A stretch of DNA of 64,000 nt, taken from Leucoraja ocellata (lineage: Eukaryota). Shown piece by piece: positions 63,296 to 64,000 of this stretch (its first letter is position 1; each line of letters begins with the position of its first letter). A model generated the notes under the pieces. It ran no database searches and was not told the origin of the DNA. It was given only the letters and a program-made list of their open reading frames with translations. The DNA is taken from positions 1,488,001 through 1,552,000 of the forward strand of contig JAWMAR010000462.1 of NCBI GenBank assembly GCA_036785375.1. The letters are read 5' to 3'. Both the position numbers and the translations under genes were made by a program.

Positions 63296-63490
63296 CTTTC
63301 TCCGTTGAGTACAGAGCTGCAAAGGTTACCATAATGAAAACCGTGGAGTATTTTCCAGCATTTGCTAAGTGCGGGAATGCATCCCGGCTGTCCCTGTATC
63401 TCCGGAGACACTGAGTGAATCTGATCCAGGGTGGAATACATTGGATAAAGCAGGTCATTCCATAGGAGTTACCACTGGTTATGTATTTAT
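63296..63490 (-). CDS. XPR1-like phosphate exporter exon (EXS domain)
   Basis: Encodes ..[64 protein letters not shown], homologous to XPR1 [18 protein letters not shown]...NAGKYST; acceptor ttttctggaacag|; GC donor G|gcaagt. Confidence 0.92.
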
Positions 63491-64000
63491 CTGTTCCAGA
63501 AAAAAAGAATGAGAAATGAGAAATGGACACTCATCATACATGTTAATGGACAATTGGTCTAATTTTGTTTTAAAGTTCTGAATGTTATGGATTTAAAGTA
63601 TGAACTCTGAGCGTGTCTTGTATCCTCCCTTCCGTTCCAATTTCTAGCGCTGCAGTATTTTGCTTTCAGATTGACGGAAGTCTCGCAAATGTTGGTCGGT
63701 AGTAACATTTATGCAACACTGCTGCTAGAAAAGACCCCACATGACAGGAGGAAACCCAACTTCTTCCATTCCAGCAACACTGCAGTCATTGAGCACCCAT
63801 TGTCGGCATCTTGGGCTCATAACCTGAGCCTTAACAACCAGCCATGGTAATGCCACAACTACAACATTCAGCCATACATCCTGCTATAGGGTTTAGTTTG
63901 GAAATGCAGAGGAATGTTTGTGACTCCTCTGGATAGCAGGAAACAAACCACTCCAGACTTGGATCCATTCTCCCACTATCAAGGCCCTGATTGTAGCCCT

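Noticed and set aside
57793-63490. Assigning the symbol XPR1, or calling the gene a pseudogene
   Set aside because: Orthology is untested and synteny favours a paralog; exons are open, in phase and retain core residues.

Overview
Repeat-rich vertebrate genomic DNA. The repeat families (HE1-like tRNA-SINEs, HER1/CR1 LINEs, Penelope-like elements) point to a cartilaginous fish, probably a skate or ray; this is an inference. Two convergent genes are present. (1) NACC2 (BTB/POZ + BEN domain repressor), + strand, five coding exons (18386-19220, 28082-28258, 33659-33764, 33926-34023, 36458-36951; 1710 nt, 569 aa), with a probable long 3'UTR ending near AATAAA 44267. (2) The 3' part of a divergent XPR1/SLC53A1-family phosphate exporter on the - strand (exons 63296-63490, 61834-62006, 59598-59734, 57793-58002, plus an unresolved last exon), with one GC-AG intron; its 5' end lies outside the window. 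Its position next to NACC2 suggests an XPR1 ohnolog absent from mammals. The other notable signal is a family of Penelope-like terminal repeats carrying a minimal hammerhead ribozyme motif (CUGAAGA-helix II-GAAACGUH). Several occur as 95-200 bp solo or inverted-dimer insertions flanked by 13-16 bp target-site duplications. Most short ORFs in the supplied track are spurious or repeat-derived. Homology calls are from recall, not database searches.
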